Source: a virus | IMG/VR virus record: IMGVR_UViG_3300025913_000027 | Coordinates: 1 to 64,000 of that record | Strand: one strand, 5' to 3' | Length of the DNA: 64,000 nt | Shown here: positions 1 through 8,893 of the stretch, piece after piece | How positions within the stretch are numbered: the stretch's first letter is position 1 | How the letters are laid out: every line of letters starts with the position of its first letter | Made by a program: the position numbers and the translations under genes | Notes under the pieces: model-generated | What the model was told of the DNA's origin: nothing | The model's database searches: none | What the model saw: only the letters and a program-made list of their open reading frames with translations

Positions 1-454
1 CTCCATCAGTTTGAGAAGCACTTCCAGCACGGTTGTTTCCAGCACTCTCGCTCCGTCCACTATGATGACTAGCTTTCGGCTCGGCGGGTACTCGTTTAGA
101 ATTTTCCTTAGCTGCTCTGCATTCATCGGCGTAGGCCCTCAGCTTGGCGGCCATCCCCTCGTCGAGGACGCCGGTCTTAATGAAGCCGTCACAGTATGCG
201 GCGCGGATTTTCCGGATATAGAGTGGGGACGTATCACCCGCAACAGCCTGTCCCCGGGAGGGCCGTCCGCGCTTGGCTTGGTGCTCTTGATAGAACACCT
301 TCCGTTCGGCGATAGTTCGCGTCCGGCGCTTCTTTCGGGTCGGCTCATTGCACGCCCGCTCGAAGCTCCAGCCGCGCTCTAGGCGCTGATACGCGGTCAT
401 GTAGGCGACGCCTTCGGCAAGGTGCTCGGCGCGAAGTTGGGGATGTTTAGACAT
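1..454 (-). CDS. hypothetical protein, truncated by the window edge
   Basis: Hand translation from ATG 454 gives MSKHPQLRAEHLAEGVAYMTAYQRLERGWSFERAC and stays open to position 1; the start overlaps the helicase stop. Confidence 0.55.
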   Translation of the reverse strand, partial: MSKHPQLRAEHLAEGVAYMTAYQRLERGWSFERACNEPTRKKRRTRTIAERKVFYQEHQAKRGRPSRGQAVAGDTSPLYIRKIRAAYCDGFIKTGVLDEGMAAKLRAYADECRAAKENSKRVPAEPKASHHSGRSESAGNNRAGSASQTDG

Positions 455-1979
455 TGGTCCTCATCAGCAAGTCGCGCAACCCCCGACCACTAATGTCGTC
501 AGCCACGGTTGTTTTCCCATCGACGATGGCCCAGTTGCGGTCATCGACTGTTCCCGGTGTTCGGATGCGGACGATGGTGACCGGATGTCCCCACTTTTCA
601 GTCCCTCGCTCTTCTCCCTGATTGACATGGATGGCATTAGGAGTTGACGAGAAAAAGATGATAGCATGCGCTCTACTGAAATCGCGGCCTTCGCCTCCAG
701 CTCCGGGCTGACCGACAAGCACGACGGGCTTATCACTGTTCTGAAACTGTAGTCGCACAGCTTCACGCTGTCCAGTTGGGACGCCGCCGTGAAATTCAAG
801 GTAGGAAATTCCGTCTTTGCGGAGCCGCGCACAGACACGTCGAATGTCCTCCCGATACCTACACCAAACGATGGAGTTTTCAGGAAACGTGCCAGTGATC
901 TCTTCGACAAGAGCGTTGTATATCGGAGGCTCAGGATCGATCTCAATGATGTTGTCGCCATCTTTGATATACCCATTCAAAATCTGCTGGAGCTTCTGCA
1001 CACGAGCACCGCCATCCTTGGCCGCGACCATGTCATCGCCGATCTCAACGAGGTGCCGAGAAACCATTTCCAGATAGGCCCGACGCTGAGCCTCACTCAT
1101 AACAACAATTCTCTCGGTCCGCAAGAGCGCAGGCATGCCCTCCACGTCTTCTCGCGTTACCACGCTCGACCACTGCGCGATCTTCGCTTGAAGCTCGTCG
1201 AGGTTCTTGTAGCATTTGAGCTTTTTGTATGCTCGGCGCTTGGCGCGGTATGCGGGCGCGTTCGGGTCGATCTCGTACTCGGCATAGCGACGCGCGAATT
1301 TCTCGTAGCAGTCCCCTGTGAACTCCGGCCCGAGCGCGAGGTCGTCGAGGATTTTATAGATCGCATACGCCTTGAGGGGCGAGTTCAATATCGGCGTGCC
1401 CGTCTCGACCGTGACGTACTTGGCGGCCCGGCTGAGGTTGCGCGCGAGCCGTGTGCGCTTCGCCCCGGCGCGGCCGAAGTGATGGGCCTCGGATATCACG
1501 AGCATGATCTTTCCGTGGCAGGCAGTCCTAAAGGCCTTGATGGCTTTGATACAGTCTTTACCGTGCGCTCCGGTCTCGGTCAGCGCCTCCATATTGACTG
1601 TCAGCCATTTCATCCCGGGAAACTCGTACAGCGCTTTGAGAGCCGCAATGCGGTCCCAGTCCGCGCGCTTCGTCGCCTCCCATGCGAACTTCATCACGTC
1701 GTTACGCGGGAATGTCCATTTCGGGATTTCGTTGATGGCCCAGTTGATGTGGATGCCGTTCGGCGCGAGAACTATGATGCCCTCGATATTGCCCTGATCG
1801 TATTGATAGATCGCTTTGTCGATGACCGCCTTCGATTTGCCAGTTCGCATCGTCCACAATAGAGCCCGGCAGCGGTCGTCCCGGTGCTCATTGAACTCGC
1901 GCTCTTGATGTATCCAAGGGGTCTTGACAGGCTCCGGCCCGAGCAGCTCCAGAAGCTCATCTTCGGAAAGGGTTGTCAC
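447..1979 (-). CDS. SNF2-like superfamily 2 helicase
   Basis: Q-motif-like PWIHQ, Walker A MRTGKS, DEAH-like SEAHH, motif III TGTP, C-terminal GGEGRDF and QGEERG. Confidence 0.9.
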   Translation of the reverse strand: MTTLSEDELLELLGPEPVKTPWIHQEREFNEHRDDRCRALLWTMRTGKSKAVIDKAIYQYDQGNIEGIIVLAPNGIHINWAINEIPKWTFPRNDVMKFAWEATKRADWDRIAALKALYEFPGMKWLTVNMEALTETGAHGKDCIKAIKAFRTACHGKIMLVISEAHHFGRAGAKRTRLARNLSRAAKYVTVETGTPILNSPLKAYAIYKILDDLALGPEFTGDCYEKFARRYAEYEIDPNAPAYRAKRRAYKKLKCYKNLDELQAKIAQWSSVVTREDVEGMPALLRTERIVVMSEAQRRAYLEMVSRHLVEIGDDMVAAKDGGARVQKLQQILNGYIKDGDNIIEIDPEPPIYNALVEEITGTFPENSIVWCRYREDIRRVCARLRKDGISYLEFHGGVPTGQREAVRLQFQNSDKPVVLVGQPGAGGEGRDFSRAHAIIFFSSTPNAIHVNQGEERGTEKWGHPVTIVRIRTPGTVDDRNWAIVDGKTTVADDISGRGLRDLLMRTNV

Positions 1980-2181
1980 GATCAGCCCTCGCGGTCTTCG
2001 AGCAGTCAGGACAGAGATGATCCCGCCCGCTCATCGTCCAGCCCTCTTCGTGCAGCTCGCGCCAGCACTCCTGAAAATTGTTAACGTCGGCCCCATCGGA
2101 TTTCGAAAACTCATGCTGCTCATCGAAGCAGACATCGCATTGAAAAACCAATAGCCCCCGGCTAGGACGTTCGAAGCTCAT
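1957..2181 (-). CDS. small zinc-finger-like protein
   Basis: CDVC...HLCPDC; the ATG overlaps the upstream stop. Confidence 0.6.
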   Translation of the reverse strand: MSFERPSRGLLVFQCDVCFDEQHEFSKSDGADVNNFQECWRELHEEGWTMSGRDHLCPDCSKTARADRDNPFRR

Positions 2182-2870
2182 GATGCTGCCTTTTCTTCTG
2201 CTAGGATTGCCGCCCAGCGTTTCAGGAACTCGCGTTCGGTGCGCTCCGTCCCCCACGGGATAATAGACTTCGCCATGGGCTCGGGCATGAAGTTTCGCTC
2301 AGTGCTGCCGTCAGGCATAAAGTCCCGGTTCTCGGTCGCGAGCGCGATCAGGTCGGCCTCCTTGACTTCGGGGTCCCACGGATATTGGATGTTGAAGTGT
2401 TTGCAGAGCGCCGCGTCCACACGGTTCTCCAGTTTGAAAAGCTCGTCGTTGCCCCTAGCGCGCATCCACCATTTTAGCGGGCTCGGGAAGTCAGGCATAT
2501 ACGCCTCCGCGCCATCATGCAAGAGCCCTTGCTTGCGCTTCGACGGCGTCGCATTCGGCATGCGAGCGATGATGTCGTGAACTACTACGCAATGCTGCCC
2601 GATGGAGATGAACTTCCCGTTGATGCGTCGGACGTGCCCAGTCCACCGAACGCGCGAGGCGAGGGAATGCGCGATGTCGTTGATGTTGTAGTCGTGCTCA
2701 TCAACGTGATCCCAATAGAGCTTCCGGCCGCTGAAAGTTCGGATGTAGTAGCCCGCCTTATCCTTGCCTGTGCGATGGTCAACAACGCCACCAAGCCCGG
2801 CCGAAGTTGGCTGGAGCGCCGCACGACGAGCGCGCGGAGACGGGGGCACTGGATAATTGGGACCGGGCAT
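2178..2870 (-). CDS. HD-domain phosphohydrolase (YfbR/YfdR-like 5'-deoxynucleotidase)
   Basis: IRTFSG, DIAHSL...WTGH, SIGQH, GLLHDGAEAYMPDFPSPLK, KEADLIALATE. Confidence 0.85.
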   Translation of the reverse strand: MPGPNYPVPPSPRARRAALQPTSAGLGGVVDHRTGKDKAGYYIRTFSGRKLYWDHVDEHDYNINDIAHSLASRVRWTGHVRRINGKFISIGQHCVVVHDIIARMPNATPSKRKQGLLHDGAEAYMPDFPSPLKWWMRARGNDELFKLENRVDAALCKHFNIQYPWDPEVKEADLIALATENRDFMPDGSTERNFMPEPMAKSIIPWGTERTEREFLKRWAAILAEEKAAS

Positions 2871-2873
2871 AGA

Positions 2874-3098
2874 TCATAATCCTTCGAGCTTATCATAGGC
2901 GCGCAAAATCCTGTGCGCCAATTCGTAGGCCCCCGCCGCATCGGTAACGAAACTACTCAACACCCCAAACTCGTTGTGAAATTGCAGCCGTATCTCGTTG
3001 TCTGGGATGCTAAACCCGATGCTGTATTCCGTTGCGTCAACTTCTTCTTCCTCAAGCTCTATAACAAGTTCGTCGAGCACATCATCAATTCTGGCCAT
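2874..3098 (-). CDS. hypothetical acidic protein
   Basis: 74-aa ORF tightly packed in the polymerase operon. Confidence 0.6.
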   Translation of the reverse strand: MARIDDVLDELVIELEEEEVDATEYSIGFSIPDNEIRLQFHNEFGVLSSFVTDAAGAYELAHRILRAYDKLEGL

Positions 3099-3113
3099 GA
3101 GGTAATCCCCCTT

Positions 3114-5366
3114 TTATTTTCTTAGCCTCGGGCCGACCCAACCTTCCGCAGTTATTGGCATGCCGGGAGCCCAGTCAGGCACGATGGACATGATTGCCTC
3201 AAATTCTTCACGAGTGCAAGTGCCTTTAGCCGCCTCGGCGATAACTTCGTCGTGGATAGACAAGAGTAGATCGAACTCTGGCAGCTCGTCAACGCGATGC
3301 ATCGCTTCAGCCAGAAGATCGCGTGAGCTGGCTTGGTCGTAATTCTCGACGAGCGAACCGCCGTGCGTGCCGCACCGCTTCCACTGCTTAGTGTATGTAT
3401 CGCGGCCCATGAAAGACAGATGCGGCGATATGAAGCTCTCCGGCGCGTCGGGCAAGAGCCGCTTGTTCTGTTTCTCCGCGAGCTTCTCCGCGTGCCAGCG
3501 CACGCGATTTTGCGGGACGCTCTTCTTCGCCGGGAAGTTCACAGTCGTCGGCCGCCCGCGCGCATTTAGCGCCGCGAACCGATAGGTGACACGCATCCTC
3601 ACGCGTGGATAGAGATAGGCGAGAAGCCGCCCGGACGGCAAGCGGCAGTGCAAGAAGTTGCCGTCGTCGCTCATGAAGTACGAGACTGCCCCGATGCCGA
3701 ACGCGTCACCGCCGCAGAAGTGCTCGCCGCCTTCGAGGACCGCCGCAATAGCCGCCTTCTCGCTGTCCCGCCAGAGCATCGGGACTTCGGGATACTTCTC
3801 CTTGCGATAGATGCGAACGACCATCTGGCAGAACTCGTCATCAAGCCATATGCCCTCGTCGTTCCAGACTGTCGCTTGGAACTTCTCCCAGCCCATCGCG
3901 TAGCCGAGGCCCAAGATGGCTTTCTTCCCGAGATTGCGTTCGTTCTTGTCCGCTTTCGTGATCGTGCGGCCATAGATGCCGCTCGCCATGTCGCAGTAGA
4001 TGTCCTGCCCCGGAGTAAACATCGCGAGCATCGTCGCGCAGCCCGAGAGCCACGCCAGCTTGCGTGCTTCGATGGCATTGAAGTCGGCCGCGTACAGCTC
4101 CTTGCCCTCACTGGCGATGAGCGCGCCACGGCAGGCCTTGGCGAGGCATACCATGGGCTCGCCCCAGATCATCGTGATCAGCTCGCGGTCGAGCGTGAGG
4201 ATGTCATCCCACGCCTTGCTCATGTCTTTGGCGTACCCCCGGACGAAGTTATGCGGCTGGACGCCTTTGCCGGACCATCGGCCGGTCCGGTCGGCCCCGT
4301 TGTAGAGCATGATGTCGTGCAGCTTGCCGTCCGGGCATACGCTCTGCACCATCCGCTTGTACTTGGCGACCGACGAGCGGTTGACCTCCATGCAAATTCG
4401 CAGGGCGCGCTCGACCCGGGCACCTTCCTCGCCGAGCGCCTCCCACTTCTCACGGGACGGCCCAAGCGCGGCTTCCCGGGCCTCGTCGCCAGCCTTCGTC
4501 GGGACGCCGTCGAGCGCAAAGCTGAGCGTATCGGCCTTGGTATTCTCAAGAGGCGGCTGATCGAGTTCTACGAGCCGCCCATTGGCCCAGCCGAGCAGGA
4601 CCGCACGTTGGGACCCCTTCTCGACGACGCCCCCAGTGATGTCCTTTAGCTCGCTATTGAGCCGGTCGGCTTCGAGCTTGGCGAGATCGAGCGCTTCGGT
4701 AGCGGCGTGATGGTCGAGAGTGATCCCCCGGAGGTTCATCCGGAAGTCCATAAGCCAATAATCCCGCTCGCGCTCGGTCATCTCCGGGCAGAAGTCGGAG
4801 AGACCTCGCTCAGAACGGATGTCGCCTTGGCAGTAGACCCAGTTCTTCCGGTGTTCTATTTCCTCTTCGCAGAATACGATGATCCCGTCGCCCTTGCTCT
4901 TGCCACGTCGAGGCAGCGGTTTGGAGAGTTTGTTGATCAGCCGCTTGCCGTCCGCGATCTTCTTGTGCGGCAGGCCCAGTGCGTCAACCGCGTCCCCTAG
5001 CGCGCGAGGCAGGGACATACACGACGCCTTCGCCGCCGAGCAGTGGAGCTGCTCGGGCTGGAGCTTGACATCCCACTCGGGAAACTCCCGCGTGAACGCC
5101 TCATTCCAGACGTTGAACTCGAAGCCCGCGTTGTGCGCCTCAATCGGCTCACCATCGCGGATGCGTCGGATCAACTCGTCGTCGGGCTCATCTTTCTCTA
5201 TCCACGGATGATCGCGGTGCCAGAGAAATACCGTGTCGTCTATCGATTGCTCACTGTACTGCCAGCACAAGCATAGAACTTGCGTACTTGTGTCGAGCGC
5301 ATAGCGCCGCTGGCCCCACTTGAGGAGGTCGGCCGCGCTCCGCGTCTCGAAATCAAGATAAATCAT
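3114..5366 (-). CDS. family A DNA polymerase with 3'-5' exonuclease domain
   Basis: Exonuclease motifs LDFET, HNAGFE, YCQGD; TGRWSG; motif A ADFNAIEAR; motif B RNLGKKAILGLGY; motif C IHDE. Confidence 0.95.
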   Translation of the reverse strand: MIYLDFETRSAADLLKWGQRRYALDTSTQVLCLCWQYSEQSIDDTVFLWHRDHPWIEKDEPDDELIRRIRDGEPIEAHNAGFEFNVWNEAFTREFPEWDVKLQPEQLHCSAAKASCMSLPRALGDAVDALGLPHKKIADGKRLINKLSKPLPRRGKSKGDGIIVFCEEEIEHRKNWVYCQGDIRSERGLSDFCPEMTERERDYWLMDFRMNLRGITLDHHAATEALDLAKLEADRLNSELKDITGGVVEKGSQRAVLLGWANGRLVELDQPPLENTKADTLSFALDGVPTKAGDEAREAALGPSREKWEALGEEGARVERALRICMEVNRSSVAKYKRMVQSVCPDGKLHDIMLYNGADRTGRWSGKGVQPHNFVRGYAKDMSKAWDDILTLDRELITMIWGEPMVCLAKACRGALIASEGKELYAADFNAIEARKLAWLSGCATMLAMFTPGQDIYCDMASGIYGRTITKADKNERNLGKKAILGLGYAMGWEKFQATVWNDEGIWLDDEFCQMVVRIYRKEKYPEVPMLWRDSEKAAIAAVLEGGEHFCGGDAFGIGAVSYFMSDDGNFLHCRLPSGRLLAYLYPRVRMRVTYRFAALNARGRPTTVNFPAKKSVPQNRVRWHAEKLAEKQNKRLLPDAPESFISPHLSFMGRDTYTKQWKRCGTHGGSLVENYDQASSRDLLAEAMHRVDELPEFDLLLSIHDEVIAEAAKGTCTREEFEAIMSIVPDWAPGMPITAEGWVGPRLRK

Positions 5367-5614
5367 GCGGGCTGGAGCGCCTCAGAAGAGGCCATCTTGA
5401 GAGCAGGGGGCTCGGGGCTGATCACGCGCAATGTCGGGGTCAGCAATTCTCGCAGGGCCTTGCGAACAACCTCACGCGCATCGAACACGAGCTGATGATT
5501 GATCGCATTGGCATGGGGAGTAGAGTAGTTCGTTGTCGCGACTACAGTCGCGAGTACGAGAGCTTCAATGGCCTCGGTGACAAGTTCGATCTTGGTCTCT
5601 TGTTGAGTGGACAT
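5363..5614 (-). CDS. hypothetical protein
   Basis: Coupled by an ATGA overlap to the polymerase start; ATG 5614 chosen as start. Confidence 0.55.
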   Translation of the reverse strand: MSTQQETKIELVTEAIEALVLATVVATTNYSTPHANAINHQLVFDAREVVRKALRELLTPTLRVISPEPPALKMASSEALQPA

Positions 5615-5789
5615 GGCGCTTCCTGAAAATTGATGACGATGCCCACTCACAAATCAGACGCACGCGCTGCTGTCAATATGGTTGGGGCCGATTATCATTT
5701 CTGATAACCGGCCCCGGTATTCCTCGCCCCGTGTACTCACGGACGGATGCAGTCGAGACCGCTACGGCACTGTGGCCCGAGAAACCTCC

Positions 5790-6419
5790 TTACGCGGTCG
5801 GATCGTCGTCATCCCCGCCGAAGTCGTCGTCACTCTCGAAGCCTTCGGCCGGATCATCGCCGAAATCGTCCTCGGCCGAGGTGAAGCCCTCGAAGCTCTC
5901 GTCGTCGCCGAGCTTCTGGATATTGCCCAGACCGATGGCGAGACCCTTGCCGATGTTGTTGAAGGCATAGGGGTTGACCGACGCGCGAGCCCAGCAGCCC
6001 GCGTAGAACTCTTCCGCGTTCTCCGGCGTGATCGGGTTGCCCTTCACGTCGAGAATTTGCGGGCGGCGCTTCGAGTTGGCCATGGAGAAGAACACCATGT
6101 CCGGATCACCGTAGCCTTGGTAATCCTTTTCGTTGCCCTTGTGGAACGGGATTTTGAAGGAGCGGTCCTCCTTCATGGTCTTGATGTCCTTCTTGAAGAA
6201 CTCCTGACAGACCTCCGCCAGCTTCTTCTTGATGGCATCCCACTTGGCCTTGTCGGCGTCGGTGAATTGCTTCGGATAGAACAGACCGACGAGCGAATAG
6301 CGGGGCGTCCCGTTATTGTAGCTGGCCTTCTCGAAGACTTGGGGGAAGCTGACGCGGAATTTCGGGGTCAGCAGGCGAGAGCCCTTTTTGCCGGGCGCGG
6401 CTGTAGCGTTGGATGCCAT
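5790..6419 (-). CDS. phage single-stranded DNA-binding protein (DUF2815 type)
   Basis: TPKFRVSFP, FYAGCWARAS, GLAIGLGNIQKLGD, acidic tail; lies between the DUF2800 nuclease and Pol A genes as in this module type. Confidence 0.85.
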   Translation of the reverse strand: MASNATAAPGKKGSRLLTPKFRVSFPQVFEKASYNNGTPRYSLVGLFYPKQFTDADKAKWDAIKKKLAEVCQEFFKKDIKTMKEDRSFKIPFHKGNEKDYQGYGDPDMVFFSMANSKRRPQILDVKGNPITPENAEEFYAGCWARASVNPYAFNNIGKGLAIGLGNIQKLGDDESFEGFTSAEDDFGDDPAEGFESDDDFGGDDDDPTA

Positions 6420-6473
6420 GATGTCCGTCCTTTCGATTTGATGTGATGTGATAATTGGACTTGGCAGTTGTGG

Positions 6474-6502
6474 CTTTTAACGAAGTCTTAACCACCTGTC
6501 AA
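6474..6502 (-). promoter_or_regulatory. sigma70-type promoter for the SSB/polymerase genes, overlapped by a CtrA box
   Basis: Minus strand reads TTGACA-N17-TAAAAG; plus strand 6477-6492 reads TTAA-CGAAGTC-TTAAC, the CtrA consensus. Confidence 0.6.
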
Positions 6503-7158
6503 GGAATAAATTGACGCCACGCGAAAAATACAGCAGCCCCGAGCAGCGCCCCCGGGACCACGTCCACCACATAATGCTGCTTGGTCTTGAGGGCGGATGT
6601 CGCGATCAGCAACGGGAAGAGCCCGCCGACGTATCCAGCGACCGGCCAGTTCTGCCAGATCGTCAGATCAACCATCATGGCAACGCTCACGTGCATGCTC
6701 GGCAGGGAATTGCGGAGCTTGTCGTAGCTCCAGACGAGGTCGAGCATTCGCATGGAGCGCGGCCAGAGCGTGCGCGCTGCGTCGCGCGGCACGGCTCCGT
6801 AGTTCTTCCCTCGCACAAACCCGACAGGCATCAGCTCGCGCCAATGCGAAGGGATGGCAACCGGCCAGAGTATGAAGAACGTCACCTGTATGGCGAGCAG
6901 CGTCAGGAAGCACCCCACGCAATACGCGTAGGCCTGCCACGAGGGCACGCTGAGCGCGGCGAGCAGGATCATGGGGTAGTAGAGCCCAGAGTAAATCCAG
7001 ACCCAGCGCGGATCGAAGTTGATCTTGCGATCCCAGCTTGTCTCGAAGTAGCGTGCGTCGAAGAATGTCTGGCGCTGAGCCCAGAAGTAGAATTGATATC
7101 CGCCGACGATCAGGACGACAGTGATGAACAGCTCAAGTAGGCGGTCGAACAAGATCAT
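6499..7158 (-). CDS. PAP2-superfamily integral membrane phosphoesterase/phosphotransferase
   Basis: Several hydrophobic segments; C2 motif NSLPSMHVS and C3 motif KQHYVVDVVPG; GAGGGG upstream of ATG 7158. Confidence 0.8.
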   Translation of the reverse strand: MILFDRLLELFITVVLIVGGYQFYFWAQRQTFFDARYFETSWDRKINFDPRWVWIYSGLYYPMILLAALSVPSWQAYAYCVGCFLTLLAIQVTFFILWPVAIPSHWRELMPVGFVRGKNYGAVPRDAARTLWPRSMRMLDLVWSYDKLRNSLPSMHVSVAMMVDLTIWQNWPVAGYVGGLFPLLIATSALKTKQHYVVDVVPGALLGAAVFFAWRQFIP

Positions 7159-7318
7159 CAAATTCCCCTCGCATAGTGGCTTCGTTTTTGAGCCGTAGAA
7201 AAACATCGTGGATGTTCGGCCCAATTGGGTTTAGGGTCCACACTTTGGCGGCTTCGAGCATGATCGCCATCTCGCGCCGTCGTCGCTCACATTCGACGCA
7301 ATCAAACTTGAACGCCAT
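7133..7318 (-). CDS. hypothetical protein with CxxC
   Basis: MAFKFDCVECERRRRE; fits operon packing. Confidence 0.45.
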   Translation of the reverse strand: MAFKFDCVECERRRREMAIMLEAAKVWTLNPIGPNIHDVFLRLKNEATMRGEFDDLVRPPT

Positions 7319-7476
7319 GTCAGTGATGCAGGGTCGAGTAGCCGAGGATGAACCCAGCGACCGCAGCGGCAAGAAAGACGGCGGCCCCTTGCAGAATGAA
7401 GTTGGTTACGGGGCGACCCCGGAACGGGAAGTTCTGGAAACCGATGAGCATCAGCTCTGGAAAAGGCGATTGCATT

Positions 7477-8103
7477 TTAGCCTCCGCTCGGATGTCGGAT
7501 CAGGCAATAGATCATGCCGACCTCACCTGAATGCACCGTCATGAAAATCCAACTCACGTCGGTCGGATTGTCGAGATCGTCTTCGGCCCGATTGACAACC
7601 TCTTTCGGGACGATGATTTCAGTCCCGTCAGCGATGGGGTCGCGCCTCGTGCCGTCCGGATACTTCTTAGCCGAACCGTCGCCAATCTTCGCTGTCCACG
7701 TCCCATCGGGGTTGGGCCAGTAGCTCTCGACTGGATAGGCGTCGCCTTTTCCGCAACACGATCCGGGGAAGTTCGGCCGTGGCAGGCTCTCAAACCATTT
7801 CGTTGTCGGGGCGTTCGGATCGAAGCCGTGATCCATAGCCGGAGCCTTGTGAGGCCAAAAGAGCCATAGACCGAACGCAATGAAGATCGCCCAGCCTACG
7901 AGCGTGCGCGCCGCTTCCGGCCTGCGCGGGCGTGCTTGGCTCGGGCGCGCTTCGAGGCGGCACGCTTGATCGCGACCGTCTGGGCACATAGGATGGTCGC
8001 AAACAAGGTATTGATCGCGGTCCGAAATGCAGCAAACGCCGCATCGATATCGCGGGGCTTCCGGGTACGCCGGGCCATGCTCATCGCTCCCCATGACTGT
8101 CAT
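7477..8103 (-). CDS. membrane-anchored Cys-rich protein
   Basis: N-terminal Cys cluster, TM segment LVGWAIFIAFGLWLFW, C-terminal domain with WFESL...SCCGKGDAY...IYCLI. Confidence 0.6.
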   Translation of the reverse strand: MTVMGSDEHGPAYPEAPRYRCGVCCISDRDQYLVCDHPMCPDGRDQACRLEARPSQARPRRPEAARTLVGWAIFIAFGLWLFWPHKAPAMDHGFDPNAPTTKWFESLPRPNFPGSCCGKGDAYPVESYWPNPDGTWTAKIGDGSAKKYPDGTRRDPIADGTEIIVPKEVVNRAEDDLDNPTDVSWIFMTVHSGEVGMIYCLIRHPSGG

Positions 8104-8425
8104 CTCCGTGCGCTATCTCATTGATCGTGAGCCCGCCTTGCGGCACGACGTACTTGATCAGCGCAGGCTCGATAGGTTCGACCACGCTAACCGCCATCGG
8201 CGGTTGGATCGGCGTGAGCAACATCACCTCGACCACGCCGCCCTGCTTGAGAAGCTTGAGTTCGGCGCTGTTCGGCTTCCACGTGCTGACGAGCTGAATG
8301 ATCTTGCTCTCCCCGTAGGTCTCAGCTCGTACTTGAAGATCGCCGCACTCGCCGTCTTTCTCGGCGTTCCAGTTGTCCGGTTTTTGGTAGTTGTGGGTCG
8401 CTCCGCGCGTAACAGTCGGTCTCAT
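8081..8425 (-). CDS. hypothetical phage protein
   Basis: PDNWNAEKDGECGDLQV...STWKPNSAEL; coupled to its neighbours. Confidence 0.65.
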   Translation of the reverse strand: MRPTVTRGATHNYQKPDNWNAEKDGECGDLQVRAETYGESKIIQLVSTWKPNSAELKLLKQGGVVEVMLLTPIQPPMAVSVVEPIEPALIKYVVPQGGLTINEIAHGDDSHGER

Positions 8426-8631
8426 CGGGTCACCTTCACTTCGGAAATGTGGGCGTGCAGATACGGGACATCCGTCAGGGCGAGCATCAGCCGATCAGCG
8501 AGCGCAGTGCGGAGCGTGTCGGCCTCGTCTTTCGTCAGGACGCCGGGCTCGACGCGGATCAGCGCGCTAAGGTTGATACTGATACGCTCTTTGCTCTTCG
8601 CGTAGACGTTGATCCTACGAACTTGTGCCAT
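8422..8631 (-). CDS. hypothetical protein
   Basis: 69 aa, overlapping start/stop with neighbours. Confidence 0.55.
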   Translation of the reverse strand: MAQVRRINVYAKSKERISINLSALIRVEPGVLTKDEADTLRTALADRLMLALTDVPYLHAHISEVKVTR

Positions 8632-8893
8632 GGGGTCTCCGGTTATAGTTCACCGCCTTCAATGCTTCGTAGACAAGATGCCAGACGTGCAGAGCGAGGC
8701 GCGGATAGTTGTTGACACTTCCTGACCTGTTTACGGTCCGTTTGTCAAGAGCCTCTTTATTCCGACCGCGATATGTGCAGACTTGGTAGTCGCCCCGCTC
8801 ATGACTACCACCGACGTTGCAGATTGTCAGCCGGGCAATCTCAGTTATCTTGCGCGTGATCGCGGAATGTAGCTCGACCCGAACGACGATCAT
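8615..8893 (-). CDS. hypothetical phage protein
   Basis: 92 aa, ATGA-coupled to the nuclease gene. Confidence 0.6.
   Translation of the reverse strand: MIVVRVELHSAITRKITEIARLTICNVGGSHERGDYQVCTYRGRNKEALDKRTVNRSGSVNNYPRLALHVWHLVYEALKAVNYNRRPHGTSS

Noticed and set aside
2178-5366. HD hydrolase plus Pol A as a 2-aminoadenine (Z-genome) pathway
   Set aside because: No PurZ-like gene in the window and the HD protein looks like the common YfbR/YfdR type. Sequence outside the window cannot be assessed.
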